64,000 nt of DNA, taken from NCBI GenBank assembly GCA_040290255.1, contig PSMU01000001.1, positions 192,001-256,000 on the forward strand. Direction: 5' to 3'. The position numbers and the translations under genes were made by a program. The notes under the pieces were generated by a model, which was not told the DNA's origin, searched no databases, and saw only the letters and a list, made by a program, of their open reading frames with translations. This DNA comes from Nitrososphaerota archaeon (lineage in GTDB: Archaea > Thermoproteota > Nitrososphaeria > PSMU01). Below, piece after piece: positions 28,329 through 36,735 of the stretch; positions within the stretch are counted from its first letter, which is position 1; the number at the start of each line of letters is the position of its first letter.

Positions 28329-29449
28329 GCCTGCCCTCTCTCCCGGGCTCCCCTCCTATAGCCATAAAGGCTTTGGTCGTAGAAGGGAGGCCTCCTTATG
28401 AGCGCCCTCCTGCTCCTGCCCTCGGCCACCACGAGGAGCTCGAGGTTCTCCTGGGCCAGCTCGGGCGCCACGTAGCCCAGCGCGATGCCCCTCCTGAGGA
28501 TGGGCGAGTAGCCGCCGCTGGTGATGCGGCCCACGATGGCGGAGTCCCGGGCCAGCTGCTGCCCCGCCCTGGGCACGCCGGGCTCGAGCAGCAGCAGGCC
28601 CACCCTCTTCTCCCTGATCTTGGCCGAGGAAAGGGCAGCCCTTCCCACGAACTCCCCCTTCTCCAGGTTCACGAGCCGCTCCAGGCCCGCCTCCAGCGGG
28701 TTTGTATCCTCGTTTATGTCCTGGCCATAAAGGCAATAGCCCGCCTCGAGGCGAAGGCTGTCCCTGGCCCCGAGGCCGCAGGGCCTGGCGCCCAGCTCCA
28801 GCAGCCTCTGCCAGAGCGCGAGCGCCGGGTCGGGCCTATGGAGCATCACGTCTAGGAGCACCACCTCAAAGCCGTCCTCGCCCGTATAGCCCGTCCTGGA
28901 GATGATGGCGACCTGCCCCTCGAAGCGGGCCTGAAGCAGGCCGAACCTCCTGAGGCCTGGGGCGGAGGGGAAGAGCTGGGCCAGGAGCCCCGCCGCCAGG
29001 GGCCCCTGCAGCGCCACCATGGCGCTGGCCTCGGTTATATCGGCCACGCTCACGCGCGCGGCGCCTCGGCGGGCCCTCAGCCAGCTCGCATCCTTCTCCC
29101 TGTTCACCGCGTTGCCCACCAGCAGGTAGCGCTCCTCCTCCAGCCTCATGATGATGACGTCATCCAGGATGCCCGCCGCCTCGTTGAGCAGGAGGGTATA
29201 TGCCGCCCTCCCCGGCTGCAGGCTAGAGAGGTCGCTCGGCACGAGCCCATCGAGGAAGCTGGCCGCATCGGGGCCCTCGATCAGGAAGCGGGCCATATGG
29301 GAGACGTCGAAGAGCCCGCAGCGCTCCCTCACCGCCATATGCTCCGCGAGGATGGACTCGTAGTAGAGCGGCATCAGGTAGCCGGCGAACTCCGTGAGCT
29401 TGGCGTGCGCGGCATGATAGCTGTACAGGGGCGTGAGCCTTAAGGGCAC
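28313..29449 (-). CDS. gcvT: Glycine cleavage system T protein (aminomethyltransferase)
   Basis: FDVSHM, SRTGYTGEDGFE and GLGARDSLRLEAG motifs. Confidence 0.95.
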   Translation of the reverse strand: MPLRLTPLYSYHAAHAKLTEFAGYLMPLYYESILAEHMAVRERCGLFDVSHMARFLIEGPDAASFLDGLVPSDLSSLQPGRAAYTLLLNEAAGILDDVIIMRLEEERYLLVGNAVNREKDASWLRARRGAARVSVADITEASAMVALQGPLAAGLLAQLFPSAPGLRRFGLLQARFEGQVAIISRTGYTGEDGFEVVLLDVMLHRPDPALALWQRLLELGARPCGLGARDSLRLEAGYCLYGQDINEDTNPLEAGLERLVNLEKGEFVGRAALSSAKIREKRVGLLLLEPGVPRAGQQLARDSAIVGRITSGGYSPILRRGIALGYVAPELAQENLELLVVAEGRSRRALIRRPPFYDQSLYGYRRGARERGQAWSAS

Positions 29450-29494
29450 GCCCTGGCCTCGCGCTCGGCCGTTTAAACGCTTGGGCAGGTTTAA

Positions 29495-30409
29495 ATGCCG
29501 GCCCTTCGGCCGCTGGCCATTGTCCTACTCCGGGCAATGGCGCTAAAGGGGGAGGCTTCAGGACGCGCCCTGCTCGAGGCGCCGCGGGACGCGCTGCGCG
29601 ACGGGGATATCCTGGTCGTATCGAGCAAGTATGTGGCCAAGCTGCAGGGGAGGGTGCTGAGGTATACCGGGGTGAGGCCCAGGGCGAGGGCGAGGAGGCT
29701 GGCGAGGGCCTTTGGCCTGCAGCCAAAGGAGGCCGAGGTCATCCTGAGGGAGGCGGAGGAGGTCTACGGGGGGATTCGCGGCGTGCTGCTCACCGCCAAG
29801 CTGGGCACGCTGGCCCCCAACGCGGGCATCGACCACTCGAACGTCAGAAGGGGCCTGGTCGTGCTACAGCCCCTTCGACCTTGGGAGGAGGCGCGCAAGC
29901 TGTGGGACAGGTTCTTCCTGTACCGCAACGCGAGGCTCGGGATCATCATAGCGGACAGCCGGCTGACGCCTCTGAGGCGAGGCACCACGGGCGTGGCGCT
30001 GGCCAGCTGTGGCGTGCCGGGCGTGCTGGATGAGAGGGGCAGGGAGGACCTTTATGGCAGGAGGCTTCGCGTCACCTTCAGGGCGCTGGCGGATGCGCTG
30101 GCCTCGGCGGCGGAGGCGCTGATGGGCGAGGCGGGCGAGGCCACGCCCCTGGTGCTGATCAGGGGCTATAGGGCCAGGGGAAGGGATGCCGGCGCGCTCA
30201 GCGTGAGCCCGCGCATCTGCCTCTTTATGAGGGGCCTAAAAGGAGGGGCTGAGCTCCAGCTTGAACCTGTCGAGGGAGAGCAGCCGGCCGCAGCTCCTGC
30301 AGCGGTTGGAGTAGATCTTCAGCGCATCCCTGGGCGACCTGAGCTCGGAGCCCGAGTAGATGACCGCCCCGCAGGCGCCGCACCTGATCTCGAAGACCAC
30401 CCCTCCTAG
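29495..30409 (+). CDS. cofE: Coenzyme F420-0:L-glutamate ligase-like protein (3' tail extends through an antisense gene)
   Basis: DGDILVVSSKYV, NAGIDHSN, IIADS..PLRRG..GVA, DERGREDLYGR.L.VT..A.AD and MGEAGE.TP motifs. Homology ends near 30235. Confidence 0.85.
   Translation: MPALRPLAIVLLRAMALKGEASGRALLEAPRDALRDGDILVVSSKYVAKLQGRVLRYTGVRPRARARRLARAFGLQPKEAEVILREAEEVYGGIRGVLLTAKLGTLAPNAGIDHSNVRRGLVVLQPLRPWEEARKLWDRFFLYRNARLGIIIADSRLTPLRRGTTGVALASCGVPGVLDERGREDLYGRRLRVTFRALADALASAAEALMGEAGEATPLVLIRGYRARGRDAGALSVSPRICLFMRGLKGGAELQLEPVEGEQPAAAPAAVGVDLQRIPGRPELGARVDDRPAGAAPDLEDHPS
30236..30400 (-). CDS. Small zinc-ribbon protein (54 aa), not in the ORF track
   Basis: From GTG 30400 with AGGAGGG just upstream: MVFEIRCGACGAVIYSGSELRSPRDALKIYSNRCRSCGRLLSLDRFKLELSPSF*, containing two CxxC motifs. 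Confidence 0.75.
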   Translation of the reverse strand: MVFEIRCGACGAVIYSGSELRSPRDALKIYSNRCRSCGRLLSLDRFKLELSPSF

Positions 30410-30462
30410 GCCGCGAGGGGGGCCTATAAACTTAAAGCCTGGGGCCTGCGACCCGCGCCAGC

Positions 30463-30852
30463 TTGGGGGCCCGGGCCTTTCTCTCCCGCTTCATGGAGAG
30501 GCTGAGGAGCAGGCCTAGGGGACATGGCGCCGCGGCCCTACTCCCGCTGCTGCTCTATCTGGCGGCGCTGGCCCTCTTCAGCGCGGGGCTGCTCAACGTC
30601 CTGCTCGAGGGAGCGACGCTGCCGAGGGATGTGATCATCTACGGCGGGCGAGAGCGGCAGACCATCTACGAGCTCTTCATGCTCATGGGCGTCTACATAG
30701 TAGGCGCCACGGGCCTCTACGCCTGGGTGCTCGCGGGGAGAAGGGGGATGCAGGAGAGGATCGCGAGGATGTACTTTATGGTCGGCCTGCTGGGCCTCCT
30801 GCTGGCCTTCGCGATGGGCTACTATATCCTGGTGCGCAAGGGCTACTTCTAG
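30463..30852 (+). CDS. 3-TM membrane protein resembling OSTC(DC2)/OST3-OST6 oligosaccharyltransferase subunit
   Basis: TM1 ending AGLLNVLLE, loop VIIYGGRERQTIYE, TM2 with GATG, and TM3 ending VRKGYF. This parallels the eukaryotic GGIIYDVIVE / QYIME / GGLG / RMKLPGY pattern, compared by eye. Confidence 0.55.
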   Translation: MGARAFLSRFMERLRSRPRGHGAAALLPLLLYLAALALFSAGLLNVLLEGATLPRDVIIYGGRERQTIYELFMLMGVYIVGATGLYAWVLAGRRGMQERIARMYFMVGLLGLLLAFAMGYYILVRKGYF

Positions 30853-30854
30853 GC

Positions 30855-31346
30855 CTAGAGCTCTATGACGTGCACGCCCAGCCTCTTGAGGGCCAGCTGA
30901 TTTATCAGCCACCTGCCGTAGGCGCCCAGCTCGTATTCGCAGAGCAGCACGGGCGCCTTCAGCTGCAGGGCCAGCTCGGAGAGGAGCACGAGGTAGAAGA
31001 GCGTGAAGAGCGGCACCTCCCTGAGCATGAGGCCCCTGGCCATCGAGAGCACGGGGGCGCGCAGGCTGTCGGAGATGACGCAGGAGGGCGTCGAGAAGAG
31101 GGGGGGCAGCGGGGGGAGGCCCAGCTGCGCGCAGAAGGCCAGGCCATCCACCGCCCTCACCCTGCGCGTGAGGGGTGCGGCGAGCCGGCGCAGCACGTGA
31201 GGCCAAGAGCCGCAGAAGTCGTAGTAGAGCGCCCATCCGCCCTGGGCATAGCGCTTCAGCGAGGCCGCGAGGAAGTCCAAGGCATCGGCCGGGTCGCCGT
31301 AGATGGCCAGGTTCACGCTGTCGCCGCGGAGCTCGGGCGCGGCCAA
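30855..31346 (-). CDS. Hypothetical protein, possibly a degenerate RecA-fold protein
   Basis: Host-like codon usage. LAIYGDP, ALYYDFCGS, CVISDSL and PVLLCE line up with RecA/RadB beta strands, but there is no GKT. Confidence 0.45.
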   Translation of the reverse strand: MAAPELRGDSVNLAIYGDPADALDFLAASLKRYAQGGWALYYDFCGSWPHVLRRLAAPLTRRVRAVDGLAFCAQLGLPPLPPLFSTPSCVISDSLRAPVLSMARGLMLREVPLFTLFYLVLLSELALQLKAPVLLCEYELGAYGRWLINQLALKRLGVHVIEL

Positions 31347-31470
31347 GCCCTAGCCCCTGGCCCACTTGGGGTGGTCGGACTTCTTGTTCTCTTCACAAAT
31401 CGGTGAGACAGGTCCTCCGCATCCCACCCTGATGAAGAAGGGACGCCCGGGGTTATAAGAGTTTGCGCGC

Positions 31471-31671
31471 CTAGGGCAGCAGCCGCCCCGCCACCCTCCT
31501 GGCGCGCCGCTCGAAGGCGGCCTCCTCGACCAGCTCCTGGGCGGCATACTCATGCATGTGGCCCATGGGGCAGGCCAGCACGTATCTTTCCTGGCCCTTA
31601 ACCATGCCCTGCTCGGGGAGCCCGCTGTTGAAGTAGAGCCCGCAGCTCCTGCAGCGCACATATAGGGCCAT
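31471..31671 (-). CDS. Small zinc-finger protein
   Basis: CRSCG...CPMGH.H motif. A TATA-like TATAAG lies about 22-27 nt upstream on the minus strand. Confidence 0.7.
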   Translation of the reverse strand: MALYVRCRSCGLYFNSGLPEQGMVKGQERYVLACPMGHMHEYAAQELVEEAAFERRARRVAGRLLP

Positions 31672-31756
31672 GGGCGCCCGGGGCGCCGGTCGCTTATATG
31701 GTTGGTCTTAACCGGGTTATAGCAATCGTTAAATCGGCTGCGCCTTTCGCTTTCCC

Positions 31757-33127
31757 GTGAAGGTCCCCGTCGCGCTCACCATCGCGGGCTCGGACTCAGG
31801 GGGAGGGGCAGGGATCCAGGCGGACCTTAAGACCTTCGCCGCCCTAGGCGTGCACGGCGCCTGCGCGATCACGGCCATAACCGCCCAAAACACGCGGGAG
31901 GTGACGGGGGTTGCGCGCGTGGAGATCCCCCTGCTGAGGGCGCAGATCAGGGCCGTGGCCGAGGACCTGGGCGTGGATGCGGCCAAGACGGGCATGCTCT
32001 ACGATGAGGAGGTCATCAGGGCCGTGGCCGAGGAGTGGAGGTCGGTGCGAAGCCCGCTCGTGGTGGACCCCGTGATGGTGGCCAAGAGCGGCGCGCGGCT
32101 GCTGAAGGAGGAGGCCGTACGGGCGCTCATCGAAGAGCTCCTGCCCCTGGCCACGGTGGCCACGCCCAACATCCCCGAGGCGGAGGTCCTGAGCGGGCGG
32201 CGCATCGACGGCCTGGAGGCCATGGAGGAGGCGGCCCGCAGCATCGCGGGGCTCGGGCCCAGGGCGGTGGTGGTCAAGGGCGGGCATAGGCCCACGGGCT
32301 CTAAGGTCGTGAACGTGCTGTACTGGGAGGGGAGGTTCTGGAGGCAGGAGCTCCCCTATCACGAGACTAGCACCACGCACGGCGCCGGCTGCTGCTTCTC
32401 CGCGGCCATCGCGGCCGAGCTGGCGAAGGGGGCCAGCATCGAGCGGGCCGTCGAAGCGGCCGGACTTCTCGCCAATAGGGCCATACAGCACGGGCTGGCC
32501 CTGGGCGGGGGCCATGGCCCCGTCAACCCGCTCGTAGAGCTCTACTCGAGGGCCGATGAGCTAGCGACGCTGCAGGACGTGGAGAGGGCCGCGCGCCTGC
32601 TGGAGGAGGCGGGCTCGGGCGCGCTGCTGAGCCCCGAGTGCCAGATCAACGTGGCCATGGCGCTACAGTACGCGCGTGATGCGATGGATGTGGTGGCCAT
32701 CCCCGGCCGCATCGTGAACGTGATGGGCAGGCTCCGGGCCAGCGCGCCGCCCAGGAGGGGCGCTTCAAGGCACCTGGCCAGCTACCTGCTCGCGCTGAGG
32801 CCCCATGCCCCCGAGCTGAGGGGCGCCGTCAACATACGCTACTCGAAGGAGTTCATCGAAAGGGCCAGGGCGCTGGGGCTGCGCGTTTCAGGCTACGACC
32901 GCCGGGCCGAGCCGCCCGATGTGAAGGAGAGGGAGGGCGCCACGACGCGCTGGGGGGCCGAGCAGGCCCTGAAGGCCCTCGGCAGGGCGCCCGACGTGAT
33001 CTACCATGAAGGGGACGTGGGAAAGGAGCCCATGATCGTGGTGCTGGGAGGGACGGCGACGGAGGCCGTCAGGCGGGCGCTGAGGATGGCGGGCCTGCCC
33101 GAGCCCTCGGGAGCAGGAACTTCCTGA
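31757..33127 (+). CDS. thiDN: Bifunctional HMP(-P) kinase / thiamine-phosphate synthase ThiDN
   Basis: [27 protein letters not shown] and THGAGC motifs, with a C-terminal ThiN domain ([28 protein letters not shown]). Confidence 0.94.
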   Translation: MKVPVALTIAGSDSGGGAGIQADLKTFAALGVHGACAITAITAQNTREVTGVARVEIPLLRAQIRAVAEDLGVDAAKTGMLYDEEVIRAVAEEWRSVRSPLVVDPVMVAKSGARLLKEEAVRALIEELLPLATVATPNIPEAEVLSGRRIDGLEAMEEAARSIAGLGPRAVVVKGGHRPTGSKVVNVLYWEGRFWRQELPYHETSTTHGAGCCFSAAIAAELAKGASIERAVEAAGLLANRAIQHGLALGGGHGPVNPLVELYSRADELATLQDVERAARLLEEAGSGALLSPECQINVAMALQYARDAMDVVAIPGRIVNVMGRLRASAPPRRGASRHLASYLLALRPHAPELRGAVNIRYSKEFIERARALGLRVSGYDRRAEPPDVKEREGATTRWGAEQALKALGRAPDVIYHEGDVGKEPMIVVLGGTATEAVRRALRMAGLPEPSGAGTS

Positions 33128-33719
33128 TGAAATACCTGTGCAGCCTCGTATCGCCCGAAAGCTCGGGGTGAAAGGTCGTGGCCAGCACGCTGCCCTGCTC
33201 AAGGGCGACGATCGCGCCATCGGGCAGCTTGGCCAGCGGCGTGACGCCCTCGCCCACCTGCCTGATGATGGGCGAACGTATGAAGACCGCCCTGTAGGGC
33301 GGCGGGCCCAGCACGGGTATCTCTATCTCGGCCTCGAAGGACTCCCTCTGCCTGCCGAAGGCGTTGCGCTCCACGAGCACATCCAGCAGGCCGAGCAGGG
33401 GCTGTGAGGTCTGGCCCACCACGCGATCATAGGCCCTCTTGGAGAGCAGGATGGCCCCCGCACAGGTGGCGAAGATGGGCAGCCCGCCCGCGATCTTCGC
33501 CTTCAGGGCCTCATGTAGGCGCGAGTAGAGCGCCAGCCAGCCCATCACCGTACTCTCGCCGCCCGGCATCAGGAGCGCGCTCACCCCCTCTAGGTCCTCG
33601 GCCCTCTTGACGTGCACGAAGCTGCTCTGAAGCCCCTCCTCCTCGAGCGCCCTCCTCATGGCTCCTTCGTGCTCCTCCAGGTCTCCCTGAAGCGCCAGGA
33701 TGCCTATCTTCAGCTCCAT
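33069..33719 (-). CDS. pdxT: PLP synthase glutaminase subunit
   Basis: LALQGD..EH, PGGEST, TCAG, RNAFGRQRESFE and FHPEL motifs. Confidence 0.95.
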   Translation of the reverse strand: MELKIGILALQGDLEEHEGAMRRALEEEGLQSSFVHVKRAEDLEGVSALLMPGGESTVMGWLALYSRLHEALKAKIAGGLPIFATCAGAILLSKRAYDRVVGQTSQPLLGLLDVLVERNAFGRQRESFEAEIEIPVLGPPPYRAVFIRSPIIRQVGEGVTPLAKLPDGAIVALEQGSVLATTFHPELSGDTRLHRYFIRKFLLPRARAGPPSSAPA

Positions 33720-33758
33720 GGTGGGGAACAAAGGCCGGTGCAATATAAGCTATCCGCG

Positions 33759-34577
33759 CTAGGCCCTGGCGGGCAGGCCCCTCAGGAGCTGCCCCTCATT
33801 TGCCAGCGCCTCGAGCGCCAACTGCGCGGCCCTCTTGCCGCTCAGCAGCATGGCGCCGAAGGTCGGCCCGGGCCTGGGAAGGCCGAAGGTCTCGGCCACC
33901 GCCATGCCGGCCACGATGAGGCCCGGGTAGATCATGCGCGTATGCTCCACGATGGCCTCCTCCGACCTCTCCACCCACATGGCCCCCATGCCAGGGATCT
34001 TTATGATGCCCCTCTCATCGAGCCGCTTCACGCAGGCCGCGTCGTGGCCGCTGGCATCGATCACGACCTTCGCCTCCAGCGCGATGGGGTCCACGCAGGT
34101 GACGTTCCTGGGCAGGGCGGCCACGGGGCTCCAGTTCACGACCACGCCCCTAACCCTCCCCTCGCGCAGGATCATGTCATCCAGCTGCGTGAGGTTCAGC
34201 ACCTTGGCCCCCGCTTCGAGCGCGGCACAGGCGAGCTTGGCGGCGGCATAGGGGGCGCTGGCCACGAAGAGCCCATCGCCCCTGGGCTCATACCTGATGC
34301 CCAGCTCGTCCAGCACGCGCTCGGCCGGGTGCCTGAAGGTGGCTATGTTCATGAGGTAGCCGCCGACCCAGAACCCGCCGCCCAGGTAGTTGTTCTGCTC
34401 GATCAGCAGCGTCCTGTGCCCGGCCCTGGCGAGCTCCCTCGCCGCGATGAGGCCGGAGGGCCCGGCGCCCACGACGATGGCGTCGCTCTCCAGCAGCCCC
34501 CGGAGCTCCTCTGCGAAGCGGCTCACGATGGCCTCGCTCACATCCTTCTCCCTGGCCCTGCTGTCGAAGAGAGCCAT
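33759..34577 (-). CDS. thi4: Thiazole synthase THI4 (Cys-type)
   Basis: VGAGPSGL, LGGGFWVGG, TCVDP, DASGHDA and GPTFGAMLLSG motifs. Confidence 0.93.
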   Translation of the reverse strand: MALFDSRAREKDVSEAIVSRFAEELRGLLESDAIVVGAGPSGLIAARELARAGHRTLLIEQNNYLGGGFWVGGYLMNIATFRHPAERVLDELGIRYEPRGDGLFVASAPYAAAKLACAALEAGAKVLNLTQLDDMILREGRVRGVVVNWSPVAALPRNVTCVDPIALEAKVVIDASGHDAACVKRLDERGIIKIPGMGAMWVERSEEAIVEHTRMIYPGLIVAGMAVAETFGLPRPGPTFGAMLLSGKRAAQLALEALANEGQLLRGLPARA

Positions 34578-34656
34578 GAGGTTCCGGCTTCCGGAGCGCA
34601 TATAAGGTTGGCTATAAGCGACTTATTCTTAATAACTGCGGGCGGGCGCCTGGCGC

Positions 34657-36222
34657 GTGGCAAGGGAGGACCTGCTCGACCGCCTCAAGGCGCTGGCCAG
34701 GATCGTGGAGGAGGGCATCGACCCCTATCCTCACAGCTTCACGCCCACCCACGCCATAGCCGAGATAAGGAGGGCCAACCAGGGCGAGCTAAGGCTGAAG
34801 GGCCCGCTCGCGACCGCGGGGAGGGTGATGGCCATCAGGAGGCACGGGAAGGTGCTCTTCGCGGACCTGCTGGATGAAGGCGAGCGGCTTCAGATCTACC
34901 TCACCGCTGAGCGGCTGGGCGACAGGTATTCCTGGTTCCTCAGGAACATCAACAGGGGCGACTTCCTGGGCGTAAGGGGCGAGCTCTTCTTCACGCAGAA
35001 GGGCGAGCTCACGCTGAATGTGGATGAGTACGTGCTGCTGGCCAAGTCCCTGCTCGAGCTGCCCAGCAAGTGGCATGGGCTCAGGGACGTGGAGGAGAGG
35101 TACAGGAAGAGGTACCTGGACCTACTGCTGAACGGCGAGGCCAGAAGGATCCTGCTGGTGCGCTTCTCGCTCATCAGGGAGCTCAGGAGGCAGCTGGAGG
35201 CCCGTGGGTTCATAGAGGTCGAGACGCCCATCCTCCAGCCCCTCTATGGAGGGGCCGCGGCCCGCCCCTTCAGGACGACGATAAGGGCCCTGGGCGAGGA
35301 GTGGTACCTGAGGATCTCGGAGGAGCTGCCGCTGAAGAAGCTGCTGGTGGCGGGCTTCGATAGGGTCTACGAGATAGGGAAGGTCTTCAGGAACGAAGAC
35401 ATAGACGTCATGCACAACCCCGAGTTCACGATGCTGGAGGCCTACCAGGCCTATGCGGACTACAACGACATGATGAGGCTCGCCGAGGAGGTGCTCTGCG
35501 CCGCCATCAGGGGCGTGCTGGGGGGCTATAGGGTGAGCTGGATGGGCAAGGAGCTGGACTTCACGCCGCCCTGGCGGCGCATAAGGCTCTACGAGGCCCT
35601 CGAGAAGTACGCCGGCGTGCGCGCCCAGGAGGCGGCGGAGGAGGAGCTGCGCTCGCTCCTCAGGCAGAAGGGGCTCGAGGCGCCCAGCGAGATGCCCCGG
35701 GGGCTCCTGCTGGAGAAGGTCTTCGACCTCTACTGCAGGCCTCAGCTGCTGAACCCCACCTTCGTGCTCGACTATCCTCGTGAGACGACGCCGCTCTGCA
35801 AGCCCCATAGGGCCCAGCCGGGGCTCGTGGAGCGCTTCGAGCTGTTCGCGGGCGGGCTCGAGCTGGCCAACGCCTACAGCGAGCTGAACAATCCGCTGCT
35901 GCAGCACAGGTTCTTCCTGGAGGAGCAGAGGATACATGCGGCGGAGGTGGAGATGGCCCACCGCTATGACGCGGACTTCGTGGAGGCGCTGATGTACGGC
36001 ATGCCGCCCGCCGGCGGCATCGGAATAGGCATCGACAGGCTGGCCATGCTGCTGGCCGGGGCCCCGAGCATAAAGGAGGTGCTGCTGGCGCCCATCATGA
36101 AGAGGGTCCTCAATCCATCGCCCTTCGAGGGCGTAGAGGTGGAGGAGCTGACGCGCAAGTTCTTAAAGGAGGCGCCCCCGCTCAGGCCAGGGACGGGCCA
36201 GTGGTCTAGCCTGGTAGGATGA
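34657..36222 (+). CDS. lysS: Lysyl-tRNA synthetase, class II
   Basis: RYRKRYLDL, EVETP, GGAAARPF, FRNE...HNPEFT, ERFELF and YGMPPAGGIGIGIDRL motifs. Confidence 0.96.
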   Translation: MAREDLLDRLKALARIVEEGIDPYPHSFTPTHAIAEIRRANQGELRLKGPLATAGRVMAIRRHGKVLFADLLDEGERLQIYLTAERLGDRYSWFLRNINRGDFLGVRGELFFTQKGELTLNVDEYVLLAKSLLELPSKWHGLRDVEERYRKRYLDLLLNGEARRILLVRFSLIRELRRQLEARGFIEVETPILQPLYGGAAARPFRTTIRALGEEWYLRISEELPLKKLLVAGFDRVYEIGKVFRNEDIDVMHNPEFTMLEAYQAYADYNDMMRLAEEVLCAAIRGVLGGYRVSWMGKELDFTPPWRRIRLYEALEKYAGVRAQEAAEEELRSLLRQKGLEAPSEMPRGLLLEKVFDLYCRPQLLNPTFVLDYPRETTPLCKPHRAQPGLVERFELFAGGLELANAYSELNNPLLQHRFFLEEQRIHAAEVEMAHRYDADFVEALMYGMPPAGGIGIGIDRLAMLLAGAPSIKEVLLAPIMKRVLNPSPFEGVEVEELTRKFLKEAPPLRPGTGQWSSLVG

Positions 36223-36268
36223 CGCCCTTACACGGCGTTGGTCGCCGGTTCAAATCCGGCCTGGCCCA
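36195..36268 (+). tRNA. tRNA-Val(TAC), intronless
   Basis: GGGCCAG...ACGCC CT TAC AC GGCGT...GCCGG TTCAAAT CCGGC CTGGCCC A forms a cloverleaf. TCTTAAAG lies about 30 nt upstream. Confidence 0.95.
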
Positions 36269-36273
36269 CCCGC

Positions 36274-36663
36274 CTATGGCTCCTCCGCAAGGACCTCGCG
36301 CAGCTCCTGGGCGCTGCCCCTCAGCACGAGCTCCAGGGCGTTCTCCTGGCCCGGGGTGAGGCGCCCCCTCAGCAGCTCATCCTTGCGCAGCCGCAGGACC
36401 AGCTCGGCCCTGCCGGCCTCGACCTCCTGCCTGAGCGCCCGGCGCAGGTCCTGGGGCAGCGCCCTCAGCAGCCTCAGCGCCAGGGCCCTGGCCCCCTGGC
36501 CCCTCAGCTCGGCGGTGTAGTAGAGGATGGGGTTGCCGAAGTGTCCCTGAAGCCTTTGTAGCCGCAGCTCCTGCGGAGGGAGGCCCAGCCCGCTCCTGAG
36601 CGCGGCCAACACCCTCGGCTCGTCCTCGGTGGCGTGCAAGATGAGCGAAAGCCTTATCCTCAC
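36274..36663 (-). CDS. RNA-binding protein (PF01877-like, exosome/RNase P neighbourhood type)
   Basis: ILHATEDEPRV, QGHFGNPI and LRLRKD motifs. Start placed at GTG 36663. Confidence 0.8.
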   Translation of the reverse strand: MRIRLSLILHATEDEPRVLAALRSGLGLPPQELRLQRLQGHFGNPILYYTAELRGQGARALALRLLRALPQDLRRALRQEVEAGRAELVLRLRKDELLRGRLTPGQENALELVLRGSAQELREVLAEEP

Positions 36664-36735
36664 AGCGCCGGCTCTGCCGCTTGGGGGCCCAGAGCCTTTA
36701 TTAGCTTTGAGAGGGCCCGGGGGGAGAAGGCGAGG

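Noticed and set aside
27897-29449. Separation of gcvH/T from gcvPA/PB as a novelty
   Set aside because: Split gcv loci are common in archaea, and all four genes look intact.
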